Origin: the human T2T-CHM13v2.0 reference genome, Homo sapiens
DNA length: 64,000 nt
Direction: 5' to 3' (one strand)
NCBI RefSeq assembly: GCF_009914755.1
Contig: NC_060938.1
In this document: positions 19,818 to 39,169 of the stretch, in pieces
Numbering within the stretch: position 1 is the first letter of the stretch
Layout of the letters: the number at the start of each line of letters is the position of its first letter
Position numbers and translations under genes: made by a program
The notes under the pieces: generated by a model
What the model saw: the letters and a program-made list of their open reading frames with translations, nothing else
What the model was told of the DNA's origin: nothing
The model's database searches: none

Positions 19818-22317
19818 TAGAAGTATCATTAACATTTTGGTCTTCAGAATTGCTAAGAAGTCTGTGAATGACAGCTGGTAGTTCATAGTCAACTTGCCAA
19901 TTCCTTAAGGTGCAAGTTGGAAAGCCTTGGGATCAGAATGTTCTGTAATACGGAAGTGTCTGAGATCAAGAGAAGCCCAACCTCCAGTTCTCTAGCACAG
20001 CCCCAGACAGTCAGATGCAGCATGTCAGCTGAGGGAGGTTGGCATGGAGGGATGGTATCAAGGTGTGTCTGGTACATTCAGATCCTAACTAATTCGAGGC
20101 TTTAGGGTCAGTAGTGTTGCGTTCGGCACGATTCTATCTTAGGAGCTGGGAAAGGGAGTGGATAACCAGGTGACTCTTTTTCTTTCTTTTAAAAAATGTG
20201 CTGTTAAGTTTTGTATCAGCTAAAACTTTTTGTGGTACAGAAACCTTTTGGTATGCTAGTGCAGCCAGCCTTTGTTAGGGCATGAGCTTATTAACTATTT
20301 GTTTCTGGGAAATGTCATAAGAATTGATGACGATTTGGAAAGAAGGAACAAATTCAAGTTCTCTACAGAAATTAATTGCTGTTAAAAATGTGTCACATGC
20401 TGGGCATGATGGCTCACACCTGTGACCTCAGCACTTTGGGAGTCCGAGGTGGGAGGATTGCTTGAGCCCAGGAGTTCAAGACTAGCCTGGGCAACATGGC
20501 GAAACCCCATCTTTATAAAAAATACAAAAACTAGCCAGGCGTGGTGGCTCATGCCTGTAATTCTAGCTACTTGGGAGGCTGAGGTGGGAGGATAGCTTGA
20601 GTCTGGGGAGGTTGAGGCTGCAGTGAGCCGTGATTATGCCGCTGTCCTGCAGCCTGGCCGACAGAGTAAGACCCTCTCTCAAAATCAAAAACAAAAACCA
20701 TAGTGCCACATAATTGTTTTCAACTTCAGTTTCAATCCTTGTGTTTTCTACAGTAAAATTGTAGGTGCAAAAAGAAGTATGTGTTGTTTTAACCTGTGAC
20801 GTTTCAGAACTCACAGAGCAAGGCAGCAGCGTTTGCTTTTGCTTTCTCTGCCCGGATAATGGGAACTCTGAAATCGAAAGCAATTAAATGTGATGTTGGC
20901 AAACAGTTATAAACTTGTGTCTTCTTGGAGAGTAGGCTATGTAGTCTTTCTGGCAGCAGTAGCAAGGAAATAATGAGGTGAAAGCGCCCAGGAAAGAAGG
21001 CCCCATGAACACTGCAAAGACAGTTTGCTTGTTGTAAATGGAGGTTTCTCCTGGCGGGAAGGCTGTGACCCTGCTGAGCTGTGGAGAAACAGCTTGATAA
21101 CCAGGGCTTTCCTGGGGCACCCTTTCTGGTGCACTTCGGAAGACCCCGGACTGATGATAGGGCTCTCTTGATTTCACCTAAAGCAAGACTGTAACCTCTG
21201 GGCAGCCTGATGCCAGGCTTGGAGGCAAACCCTCAGAAAACAGCTCCCCTCAGTGAGGGAATGGGAGCCTGTTTGAATTAACGTGGAGAATTCTCCAAGA
21301 ACCCGCAGACTGGGAGGCATTCTCACGGCGAGTCAGTGCAGCTCCTCTTATGTTTACCGCAATTAAGGTGAGCATGAGAGCAGCCTGCCTCTCTTCTGTT
21401 CTCCCAGCCATGGAAGCAGGCTCCATTAAAAATGTGTTTTTCAGCCGGATGCAGTGGCTCACACCTGTAATCCCAGCACTTGCAGAGGCTGCGGCGGGTG
21501 GATCACTTGAGGTCAGGTAGTTCAAGACCAGCCTGGCCAGCATGGTGAAACCTTGTCTGTACTGAAAATACAAAAAATTGGCTGGGCGTGATGGTGCACG
21601 CCTGTAATCCCAGCTACTTGGAAGGGTGAGGCAAAAGAATCTCTTGAACCTGGGAGACGGATGCTGCAATGAGCTGAGATCACACCACTGCACTGCAGCC
21701 TGGGCGACCGAGGGCAACCCCGCCTCAAAAAAAAAAACAAAAAAACAAAACTTGCTTCTTACTGGTGGAGTAGAAATCAGTGGCCCACAGAGGCTTAGGT
21801 GGCAATGGGAGTGAGAAGACCTCTATTTACATGTTCATGATAGGCCTAGGTGATGGATCCTGACTAGGATGGTTAGTGTGGAAAGAAGCAGTTGAGCACC
21901 ATGTTTTGGCAAAATTCAAAGGCTGGGAGGTTCCCAAAGGCAAGGAGGAGGAGGCTGGTACCACAGGTCCAGGGCAGCAAGTTGAGTGGAAAGTCTGGGA
22001 AAGGTTTGTGTGGGAAGCACGGGAGACTCTTACCCCATAGCTACGAAAGTCGGTTTCTTCCCAGCCTTGTGTTCCCTGCTTCATGACCAACAAGCGCTTA
22101 AGTACGAAACTCAGAGGAGGGCAGACAGAAATGATGATAGCTGGAGAGAGAATTAAGCCCTTTGGGGAGAGGTTATATTCAACAAGTGGGAGGAGAGGTT
22201 CCCCTCAACTTTTGAGGGAGTGGGGGATCATTGGAAAGGCCTGGAATCTAGTGGGAATTTGGTGTTTTGACATGAATGCTGTCTGACTTTGTTTTTGCCC
22301 TTTGGCTGTGTACCTAG

Positions 22318-22464
22318 TGTGTGTCAGTTCCTGGAGCTGTGTCAGAGCCCAGAAGGTGGCTTTGGAGGAGGACCCGGTCAGTATCCACACCTTGCACCCA
22401 CATATGCAGCAGTCAATGCATTGTGCATCATTGGCACCGAGGAGGCCTATGACATCATTAACAG
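22318..22464 (+). CDS. FNTB: FNTB exon 5 (147 bp)
   Basis: cctAG|T GTG TGT CAG...AAC AG|GTacag; VCQFLELCQSPEGGFGGGPGQYPHLAPTYAAVNALCIIGTEEAYDIIN(R), a prenyltransferase repeat. Confidence 0.97.
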
Positions 22465-22562
22465 GTACAGTGAAAGCCAGCAGTGACAGAAACCTAGAGG
22501 AGTTCCCCGCCTGCTGACACGCACTGACTGTTGCCTCTCCTACCTCTTTCCCTGTTTCTCAG

Positions 22563-22646
22563 AGAGAAGCTTCTTCAGTATTTGTACTCCCTGAAGCAAC
22601 CTGACGGCTCCTTTCTCATGCATGTCGGAGGTGAGGTGGATGTGAG
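22563..22646 (+). CDS. FNTB: FNTB exon 6 (84 bp)
   Basis: tttctcAG|A GAG AAG CTT...GAT GTG AG|GTgagt; EKLLQYLYSLKQPDGSFLMHVGGEVDV(R). Confidence 0.97.
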
Positions 22647-25319
22647 GTGAGTGGGGTTTTGCACAGGCTGCCACATCAGTTGACTCTAGAGCTCATCTGC
22701 CATTAGAGATGCCAAGCCTAAGGAACATCATGGGGAAGCTGCTGCTTTGTCCCAGAATGACACATGGGATGACATGTCAGTGACACGTCAGAATCATTCA
22801 GATGTGATGCAGATGTCCTCAGGTGTCATGATCACTTGACTTATTTTATGTAAATGTGAAAATATAAGAAACAAATGCTTTTGTTTTAGAAATTAAAAAT
22901 ACATTTGTTTGGTACAAAATGATATACCACAATATAAATAACTGTATGGTGTAATGTATTCCTTCACCTCTCTGAGATAGGAAGGGAGGGGAAAGTCCAG
23001 CAGGGCCTCAGTAAATACCTTCTGAGTGAATTTGATGAAATCATGAGAATGTCTAATCCCTGAGGTCCTCCTGAGGCACATGAGAGTTTTTCTGGGAGGT
23101 GCAGAGAGCCTTGTGGGCCGGGAGAGTGCAGTGCAATAAAATCGCATTAACTGATTGGTGCCAGTTAGCTCGAAATTATTATTTTCTTCCATAAGTGTCT
23201 GATGTACCAAGCAAGTTGCTTCCTCACCTGGCAGATTACTTATGAGGCATACAGGGAATTCATTGAATAAGCCATTTCTCTAAGACAGTGGCTTATTGAG
23301 ATTTTATGCCATTTTCTTATTATTTAGTTGAGAAATACATTTTGTGAGGTTTCTATAGCAAAGCTGTCTTACTGCCTATGTGTAAATGGGTTTGCTTCTA
23401 CACAAGTTGATTAATAGTCTGGCTTAAGCATCTGGTTTAACCATTGGTTTGAAAGTATAGGGGAGGAAAAAACCACGAACATTGTGGAGCATAAAATACA
23501 TTACAGATAATAGGTAATCAGGCTGCAAAGGCCTTTAGTTCAAGATGTTCTTCTATCTCTAACTTGTCTAATCCAACCAAAAAAATTAGATTAGGATCTG
23601 TGTATACCAGTGAAACCAGTAGAACGACTGAGGTAAATCAGTATGTGTTGATTCTTCTTAAGGAAAATGTTAAAAGAGTTTTTTTCCCTCGTGTTCACTA
23701 CATTTTCGTTCCTGTTCTGTTGCTATTCCCCCAAAATATGCACAGTCTTGAAACGCAGCTTTTAAAAACCTACTAAGATTATTAGGCAAAAGCAAACAAA
23801 TCATAGCAAGATCCTTTTGGTATTTTATCATATACCTTTTGCAGCTGTGATTATTTGCTATCTTATTCATTCCAGCACTTTTTTTTTCCCTATGCTCTTT
23901 ATTTATATGTTCTAGATAAATGCTAGGAAACTTCTCCAGTAAGGCAGCTTGGTTCCCCTGCCAAGCACTGTAGCCATATTCTTCCCTGACCTTTGCTCTT
24001 TGGGTGATGCTCTGCCATTCGTGCCCGTGCTTTCTATTTACATAAAGGATTAAAGATATGAATGATAGAGAAAAGCTAGCAGATTGCATCCATTTTCCTT
24101 GCTTTGCCTGGTTTCTAGTACCCCGATTCCATCATTTTTCACTTGGCATTTCTTTCATTGTCCTTTGCCTGGAAGCATCAGCCAGTCCTCAGGAGTGCTT
24201 GTTTGGGTGGATTTGACTTGGAGAAAAGCAGCAGTGATGGGAGAGTTTGACATCTGGAGACTAGCTCGCTGCCCTTCTGGGATAGACAGCAGTCTCTGGA
24301 TGATCTTTCTGCTCTGTTACACTGCTGATAGTTTCAGAGATGAGCCTACTCAAGGGTCTGTAGTTCCAGTGTATTGTAAAAAATCAAATCACAGTGAACT
24401 CATAGCAAGCACTATTTTTTCTCAGTTCTTAAGAAAGGAGACCTCCTTTCTAGGTTATATAATCTAGATCATTCTGTGAGGATAAGGTGGAGGCAGGGAT
24501 CTAGCATTTGCAGAAGTTTGGTGAGAAAGCATGTGTTGCTCAAGAAAGGACAAGTTCAGTGTTGAAGTGTAGATGGCCTGGTGGGCAGGGGAGCAGTGGA
24601 GCTGGAGGGACAGGCTGGGAACAGGCTACAGAGGCCCTGAAATCTCCTATGGAGTCTGGAGTTTAGTGATGTGATCTGATTTGTATTTTCTTAGAAGTTT
24701 CCCAATTGCAGTGATGGACTGTAGTGTTCCAATAAAAGCCCTCTGGTTTCAGGGCTGGAGGGAGAGAGAGCAGGAAGACTGATCCAGGTTGAAGAAGGCT
24801 TGGATTTGGGTGATGGCAGCAAGGATGGAAAGTTAGTGGACAAATTCAAATTTGAGAGCTGCGATGACTGGGTGGAGGGAAAGGGGGAGAAATACATGAA
24901 AAGGTTGTATTACGTTTCCTCCCCATCTCAGCGTGAGACCTGGGACTCCTGTCTTCTGTCATCACTTCTTAGTCCTCACACTTGTGAGAGGCAAACTGTA
25001 TTATAGGTCGCCTCCTACCTCACAAGTCACAATAGGATTCAAGAGCAAATGCATCTGAGCCTCTTTAAGAGGCCTACAATTGCAAGGAAATTAGACAGAT
25101 CTTCAAAATTAGCTGCTGGTAGATGATCACATTTGGCATTGGCACTTGTGACTCTTGTGTGCTCCCAATGCCTGCTGGTGGAACTAAACTTCCACTGTGC
25201 CTTTGGCTGCTAAAAATGCTGGTAGGATCATAATGCATGCAGCTTCTGCAGAGACTTCTTTGGAATACCTCAGTAAGTCTGACTTCATGTTATATCTATA
25301 CTGAGTAAGATGGAAACCA

Positions 25320-26839
<1,520 letters not shown>

Positions 26840-26841
26840 TT

Positions 26842-26844
<3 letters not shown>

Positions 26845-26884
<40 letters not shown>
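26845..26884. repeat. (GT)20 microsatellite
   Basis: Pure GT run. Confidence 0.95.
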
Positions 26885-26887
<3 letters not shown>

Positions 26888-27474
26888 GGTGAGAGGTTTG
26901 AAATCAAGGCTCTTTTCTCCCTCTAGAGGTTTAAGGACTGTATTGGAGTGGACTCACCTGTTCCTATCCTTGTTTGATCTATTACAATTTGGTGGCCTGT
27001 TTTGCAGTTTATCTGTTGCAGAAAAAGTATAGTTAATCTTTAATGTGTCAAGGCTGTAAACAGAAATCCTGGCTCTGAAACAGTACTAACATCCAAATGA
27101 ATGAGCATATCAGAAGTACCTGAATGATACCATAGATTTATGGCAACCATTATAGGTCTTTGAAAGAAGAGCTGAATCCACTTTTGACATGAATTGATAT
27201 GGCTGTTATTTCCTCTGATGTAGATTGGACCATGTGGAGGTAGGGAGAATAGAATGTCATGTTCTTTCACTGAAGCCATGCCGTGAGCAACTCTATCCAA
27301 ATAGAATGTCACACCTCTCAGTTGGAGACCCAGGAGGACTGACCGTGTGCCAAGAGTGAGGACAGGAGGTGATTACAGCTTACTAGGCAAGGCGAGCAGT
27401 CCGCCCGCGGAGTTCACTGAGCCTCATTAGCTCTTCCGTAGAGCTTAATGTGTTTCCCGTTTCTGTCTTTCCAG

Positions 27475-27561
27475 AAGCGCATACTGTGCTGCCTCCGTAG
27501 CCTCGCTGACCAACATCATCACTCCAGACCTCTTTGAGGGCACTGCTGAATGGATAGCAAG
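27475..27561 (+). CDS. FNTB: FNTB exon 7 (87 bp)
   Basis: ctttccAG|A AGC GCA TAC...ATA GCA AG|GTgaga; SAYCAASVASLTNIITPDLFEGTAEWIA(R). Confidence 0.97.
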
Positions 27562-28440
27562 GTGAGAGAAGCCAGGGTTTCTCCTGGCCTCTTGGAGAGC
27601 AGGCGGTCACGACACTACTTCAGAAAAATAAAGAAAATGCAGAGGGACTTGGAAGGAAATACAAAAATCACAGGAGATCCATTAGGGTTATCTAATGATT
27701 TTTTTAAATACTTAAAATGTCTTCTTTTTTCCAAACTTTCTTTAATGTTATATTATATTTTAGATTGGCAAAGATAAAAAACTTTGGTAAACAATATTAG
27801 TGAGAGCCTGAATTGATTTAACCAGTTTTTAGAGCAATTTGACAGTATGTCAAAGGTGCCCTTGCGTAGGACCCAGTAATTCCACTCCCACAGAAACCCT
27901 TGCACACACGAATGGGAGAGAGGAGCACAGGACTTGTTTATAAGAGCCAAAAGCTGAAAGCAGATTCAGTGCTCATAAGCACGAGATGGGTAAGTGTGGT
28001 ATAGTTGCATCGGAATATAATGTAGCAGTGAAAATGAATGAACTAGAGTTACATGTATCAATATGGAAAAATCTCTATGTTGAGTTGAAAGAATGAAAAG
28101 AAAAAAATACAAAAAAACCATACAGATTAGCACATTTACTTAAAATTTGAAACATGCAAGAGAATTCTGTATTGTTTCTGAGAAGAATCATGTGGTAATA
28201 ATATAAAAACATGTATACGAAAGATAAACACCAAATTTAGCATAGTGATTCCCGCTGAGGGGAGAGCAAAGGAAATGAGATAAGTCTGCATAGGAGACTT
28301 CAGCTGTAATAGTTAACAACAACAAAGACCTGAAGTGTATATGGCTAATTCTAAGCTAGGTCTTAGATACGTGTATGTTCTATATTTTGTTTGCTGTACT
28401 TTCCTGGATGCTCCAAATATTTCATAGTTTAAAAAAAGCA

Positions 28441-28879
<439 letters not shown>

Positions 28880-30409
28880 TCATGTTTACTTTTTTGTATG
28901 AGTTTCATTTTCCTGGAGTTAATGGATATATCATGAATGTACTTATGAATTCCTTCCCAAATTGTCTGTCAGAGCTATAAAAAATTACTCTAAACATAGT
29001 CAAACCCTTCAGGTAACCTGTCTCTGTGCACACGTGCGTTTTGAGTTGCCCCTTCTGGAGCCCTCTGCCCTCCTGCTTCAGTCTGGACAGATTGCTCTCA
29101 GCTTGCTACACAGCAGGCATCCCGAAGCTTCCTTTCAGCATGAAATTCACTTCATTTCTCTCCTTCGTTGAAGTCCCTGTCCTCCTTTTTCTTGGTTTTC
29201 TTATTTTCATGAAGTATTGTACTCCAACAGATCCCAAAAAAGGGTACCTGGGAGATACATTTTTAATATCTTGCATGTATCTGTGTTCTAATCTCACACT
29301 TAATTATTTGGTTAGAGATTTCTAACTTGGCAATGGTATAAACTGTAGTCTTTCTGAATTTTGTAAGCATTGCTTCATTATCTTCTGGCTTCCAATGTCA
29401 TTGTTAATAAGGCTGATAATAGTAACCAGAGTTCATTGAGGACTGTCATGCTCAATGGTAAGGCAGCTATAGTTGAGAGCTGGAGAGTAGGCACTGCCTG
29501 TGTTTGGTTCTCTTTTATATTTTGTGTTTCTCAGCTGAGATTTTCCATCTTTTTATTCTTTATGAGTGCATTTTTCTTCATTTTGCTGTGGTAAGTATGG
29601 AATTATAATGTCTGCTTTAAATTGCTTGTCTGGGAATTTCCACATCTGTGTGTCCTGGAGTTGGCATGTCAGCTCCATGAGTCTTCCTGTGCTGAGTGAT
29701 GTTGTGTTGTGTCCTAGACATTGTGATATGATGGTGGAGGTGTCATACAACAGAACGGTATGGATTCTGTTGGTTTGCCCCAAAAGGGGTTGATGTTTTC
29801 AGTTTAGCAGGCAGTCAACTTGGTCAGACTCAAGCTACAAACTGTCACTCATGCAGCAGCTCAGAGCTCAGTTCTTGCTTAGAAGTTGCTTTGTTTCCCC
29901 AGCACGTATGTGGAAACTTGAACTGAGTTTAAATGCAGAATTTGGGATTTTTCTTCTTTGACTTTCCTGTTTCTGGATTCGTCCTCAGTTTCTGGCAGCC
30001 TGCATCTTCCTGCCAGAAGGATGGTTGGCTTCCCATTAGAGTGTTGGCTGCCCGCCCTGACCCCTGACCCCTGGCCTGCTGCTGCCGCCCTGGGCTATGG
30101 CTGCCATCCTGAGGGCAAACCAGAGAGAAAAAGTTGTGGGGGAAGGGAGGGACTAACTGCATGCTGTTCTCTGTTCCAAGTTTCAAACTCCACCAAAATC
30201 TGCCTGCCCTTTTTCAGTCAGCTGAACCCTCAGGAAGCTGTTTTTTTGTATTTTGTTCAGTGTACAGCTGTCATTTGCAGGGGGGTTGACTGGTTAGGCA
30301 CAGACTAGATACGGAACTCAGACAGCCTGGGTTTGAATCCCAGTTTTGCCCTTTCTTTCCTCTTCTCTTCCTTCTTTCTTCCTCTGTCTTTCAATTCTCT
30401 CTTTCTTTT

Positions 30410-33600
<3,191 letters not shown>

Positions 33601-34517
33601 TATTTCATTGCATGGTTCGTTTCCATCTCTTAATCCTTCTTCTTATACTTTGAGAGATTCTCTTAGTATTTATCTTCTAATCCTCTTGTTTTTATTTTTG
33701 TAATCCTATTTTTAGTTTTCCTCCCTGACTACTTTTACTTCCTGACTACTTTTTTATCTACTCTCTTGTTCTTTTCTGGGGATATTTTGTCCTCTCAATA
33801 GTCTTACTTCATATAATATTTTATCTAAAGATACAACTTTAAAAAGTTTTCTTTTGCTCCCTGTCTTATTTCCTCCAATTTATTTTTGTTTGTTTTGGTC
33901 TCCTCTTTCATAGTAGAGACTGTGGTCAAATGTCTGGTACTCTACAGCTGTCTGTTCATATTTAAGGATCCAGCACTGAAAAGCTGCTGGGGAGCTCTGC
34001 GAGAGTGGGCAGGATCAAGCCATTCATTGGGGAATTCTCAAAGCAGTGTCTGTAGGGTTTTTCCCTTGGGCTTATCAGTTCCCTCAGAGAGGAATCTTCT
34101 AAATTCCTGCTTGGGGTATGAAACTGGCAGCCTTGTGTGAAATACACAGAGGAATGGGGCTGGGGGTATTGTGTTGAGATTACTGACTCTCACGTAATCA
34201 CATTTGGTACAGTGCTCCCTCCTCCTCTTAGCTTGTTGGATATTCTGGAACTCAGATCCTTTTGATTAAACCTCTGAAACTTCCCATCTTCTGCTGGATT
34301 TGAGTAGGGGACTTAAAGGTCTGATTCTTATATAAGTTTGCAACCAACAAACTTGGTTCAGACGCATTCCACTTTGTGGAGGTTCCCTGTATCTCTAATC
34401 CTGGAGCCTTTTATTGGAGCAGATCACCTTGCTTTTTGTTGCCCCTCTCCCATCCCTATCCTTTGGGTAGGAAAGGTTTCTCTATTCTACTAAGTCAGTT
34501 ATTTCTTGTCCTTCTTG

Positions 34518-34625
34518 TGTTAGTCCATTTTGTGTCAGTATAAAGGAATACCTGAGGCTGGGTAACTTAGAAAGAAAAGAGGTTTATTTGGCTCATGGTT
34601 CTGCAGGCTGTTTAAGAAGCCATCA
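34518..34625. mobile_element. MST-type MaLR LTR fragment
   Basis: ttagtccattttgtg...ataaaggaatacctgaggctgggtaa...gaggtttatttggctcatggttctgcaggctg. Confidence 0.75.
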
Positions 34626-34882
34626 CCACCTGGCCTAATTATAATTTTTAAAAATAACGTTTATTTTTTAATAGTATACAGGTTCATTATAAAAACTTTT
34701 TGAACAAATAGAAAAACAAAAAGGAAAAATATTACTAGTAGACCTGTACTCAAAGATCACCAGAGGCCAAGTGCGGTGGCCCATGCCTGTCATCCCAACG
34801 CTTTGGGATGCTGGGGTGGGAGGATTCCTTGAGGCCAGAAATTTAAGACCAGCCTGGGTAACATGGCAATGCCCCATCTCTA

Positions 34883-35038
<156 letters not shown>

Positions 35039-35105
35039 TCAAAAATAAAAGATCACTAGAATCAACAATCACTCTTTAATTTTATTTTAACTTGATGGTT
35101 ATCAC

Positions 35106-35195
35106 TATATATATATGTATATATATGTATATATATGTGTGTATATATATATATGTATATATATGTGTATATATGTACATATATGTATATGTATG
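35106..35195. repeat. (TA)n/(TATG)n microsatellite
   Basis: Direct reading. Confidence 0.9.
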
Positions 35196-35647
35196 ATTTT
35201 ATAACTTTTTCCCAAAGAGTAATAATTTGAATTATTATGTTTCTTACACAAGTAGGCTGTTTCTAAGTGTCTGGGTTTTTAACATTTTACAGTTTTTATT
35301 ATACTTACATTTTTTGGAGACCTAGTCTCACTCTTTCACCCGGGCTGGAGCACAATGGTGTGATCATAGCTCACTGCAGCCTCGAACTCCTCGCCTCAAG
35401 TGATCTTCTTGCCTTAGTCTCCTGAGCAGCTGGGATTACACATGGGTGCCACCAGGCCCAGCTTTTTTTTTTTTTTTTTTTTGAAAAGACATTTCCAAAA
35501 GTTAATTAGTTGGCATCTTTTCATTCATAGTTGTGATGGTTCACACCTTAATCTGAGTGAACTTTTTCTCTGCCACCTAGGATGGTCCTGGTCTTGTGTA
35601 CGTCCACTCACTGGCCACTCATTCTGCTTTTCTCAATCTCTTCTTAG

Positions 35648-35777
35648 GTGTCAGAACTGGGAAGGTGGCATTGGCGGGGTACCAGGGATGGAAGCCCATG
35701 GTGGCTATACCTTCTGTGGCCTGGCCGCGCTGGTAATCCTCAAGAGGGAACGTTCCTTGAACTTGAAGAGCTTATTA
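35648..35777 (+). CDS. FNTB: FNTB exon 8 (130 bp; H248)
   Basis: ttcttAG|G TGT CAG AAC...TTA TTA|GTaagt; CQNWEGGIGGVPGMEAHGGYTFCGLAALVILKRERSLNLKSLL. Confidence 0.97.
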
Positions 35778-36979
35778 GTAAGTATCTTTTGAGCCATCCC
35801 CCTCTCAGGCCCCAGGTCATGGTGATGTGATTGTACTCAGACATGCAGGCTTCAGGAGAGTTTGGCTATGGGAAGGGCTAAGAGAGTTAGCTCTGTTCCA
35901 ACACAGAGGAAGGAGTGAGCAGCTGCTCTGTCTTGGCTCCCCCTTCTGCCTTTCTGTCTTCCTGCTTAGAGCTTTTTACATAGTGTGTAGACTACATAGA
36001 CTGTGTGCTGCAGACATCTGGTGTGAGCAGAGTACCTTCCTTATACTTCAGTTTCGTAGAATTAGAGGTTATCGTGTGTTATAGAAAGAACCTCCTAAGA
36101 GGAAAAGTTACAAGAAGAGCTTTGCAGCATTTCGAAACCAAACTTTTATTACCTGCTGCACTGTGTAAACATTTAGTACCTACATTTAAATGAGTTGTTT
36201 AGGCAGAGCTGGCTAATTGCATTGAGAAGGCAGCCCAACATTTATGTCTGGACCCCACGCTCCTGGCCAGTATTCAGAAGAAACTCAGAAAGCAGTCAGC
36301 TTCAGGGAGTCACTAGATTGTAGTTAAATGATCAGTGGGTGCACAAACACACACACCTCCACGGCCACCAGGGAGAAGGCATTCCCCGTCATGTCATTTG
36401 GGGAGCATGTACCCCCTGACCATGACGTCAAAGCAAACCAGCTGCAACTGACATGCACCTCCTCTCCCTGAGTTCAGATGCCAGCCTCCCGTTATGCGGC
36501 CCATCGTGAGCTTCCTGGAGAGTTTCTGTTGTACCCTGTAGACATGTAACCAGCAGTGTCTTGCCTCCACCTTCAGAAAGCCTCCCCCGGTGTAGTCTTT
36601 TTAAAGATTCATGAAGGCTTGAAGGCTCATGCTGAAACAGCCAACTTTGTATGCTGAACTTAAGAGTTTCTCAGATGTTTTAAAATCTGAACACCAATAA
36701 GGCATGAAACAAAAAAGTCCCATCTCCCAGGCAGAGATAAGGAATGTGATTAGGGAGTGCCTCAGTTATAAAGACAGTGTTCTAGATTTGAACCCTGTCC
36801 CTACTACATTTGAGACATGAGTCCTTGGGCAAATTGTCTAATCTCTTTTAGCTTGATATTTTTTTCTTTTATAAGGTAGGGATAACAATCCTTATTTTTT
36901 TAAGGTTAAAGGAGAGAACATTTATAAACAGCCTGGCACATAGTAGGTACTTAATAAATGTTAGTGTCCCTCTAACCCA

Positions 36980-37485
36980 CAGTAATAATCTTTTTGGCAC
37001 AAGGGACCAGTTTTGTGGGAGATAATTTTTCCGTGGACCTGGGGTTGGGGGTGGGACGGGGGGTGATGGCTTCAGGATGATTCAAGTACATTACATTTAT
37101 TGTGTACTTTATTTCTATTATTACATTGTAATATATAATGAAATAATTATACAACTCACCATAATGTAGAATCAGTGAGAGCCCTGAGCTTGTTTTCTTT
37201 CAACTAGACAGTCCCATTTGGGGGTGATGGGAGACAGTGACAGATCATCAGGCATTAGACTCTCATGTAGAGCGTGCAACCTAGAAGCCTGGCATACACG
37301 GTTCACAGTAGGGTTTGCGCTCCTATGAGAATCTAATGCTGCTGCTGATCTGTCAGGAAGTGGAGCTCAGGCAGTAATGGGAGCAGTGAGGAGCAGCTGT
37401 AAATACAGATTAAGCTTCACTGGCTCACCCACCACTCATGTCCTGCTGTGCAGCCTGGCATGGTCTGGGGGTTAGGGACCCCTGC
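36980..37485. mobile_element. MER1A-like hAT-Charlie element
   Basis: attacatttattgtgtactttatttctattattacattg...ggggttagggacccctg terminus. Confidence 0.8.
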
Positions 37486-38398
37486 TCTAATCCAGACTAC
37501 TCCCTTCCATTTGCTTTGGGAGAAGTAGGACCCATATCTGAAGTATGAATTCCTATAGCCCAAGGAAACAGAACAAATCCATGGGCTTAGGCACTGGAAA
37601 AAGTAAATTAGTCTGCTTAAAAACACTTAAGCCCTGCGGTAAGTAGAAATGAGGAACCGACTCCCACTGCAGCGCCTGCTTTCTCTCTGCCTGAGTAATG
37701 CTTAGCCCACTTCCATTACATGCTGGAAGCCCTGGTTCATTTAAGATCAACCGAGGATATATTAGTACCTGAACCTGCAGTACAGTGTTTTCTGTCTCTT
37801 TTAAGCATTTGTGACTGTGACTCTCTATGGGCAGGTGTTGCCTTGAAGAGGGAATAATCTAAACAACAGCTTTTAGGGGAGGGCTGGCCCCCACTTCCAT
37901 CAAGGGTCCCAGTGGCTCCTTTCAGGACCTTTACCTAGTAAGACTCTAGAAACAGGAAGTACCCTCCCCTGTACCCTTTCAGTTGAGTGAGGCAGCTCTG
38001 TAAGTCCGTGGCTGGAACGGCCTAGGTGGTCTAGGGAGGGAAATGGAAATGTCATATCTGCTCAGCCAGTTGGTTCTGCTCATTCTGAGGGACCAAACCC
38101 ATGACTATCTTGATCTTTGTAGTAGAGTGTGTTTAGAAAACTTGTAGATAAGCAAGGAATGGTGGTATCGTGTGTGACCGCTGAGTGACATCAAGACCAA
38201 GACCTATTTTACAGCTTCAAAGTAAAAGATTTTCTTATATCAGCCACAGACTGGGCAGAGTTGTCATTTGGTAATTAGAATGAATGGCTTCTGCTTTCAG
38301 GCCTGCTAGTGACTTGCTAAGAGACCTTGGGTAAATTTCCCCAGGTGCCAAGTAAAAGTCAGGAGCAGTTTGAGATCATCTGATGAAATGTAGTACCA

Positions 38399-38721
<323 letters not shown>

Positions 38722-39169
38722 AATGTAGTACCAAATTCCATTTATCTGCTTTTAATAAACTCCCCGGAGCAGGGAAGTAATGAGAAATGAGCTACTGGTA
38801 GTCTTGCCTTCAATTTCCAACTTAAGCCATGTTTATTAAGAGACTTTGAAGGTCTCCTTACAAACCAGCTTGGCCTCTTTATCTTCTCAGCACTGGCACT
38901 GCTTTGGAACCCAGGAAAAGGTAGTTGTCTGCCAGGCATTGAGCAGAGATCAGTGCTGGATGCCTCTACAGCGTTGGCTTAAATGCTTCACTCTGTGTCT
39001 ATGGCAGTGTGGGGAGGGAAGGAAAGAAAACCAGAGCACCAAAACTAGAGTGCCAAGAAGCCACAAGATGGGAAACCCTCCATCCCACAGATTGACTCCT
39101 GGAGATTCTGTCGGGCTGGATTTTGTCTCTTTTAGCCTACAACTGCCTTTCCCATCTGTGTCTCCTCAG

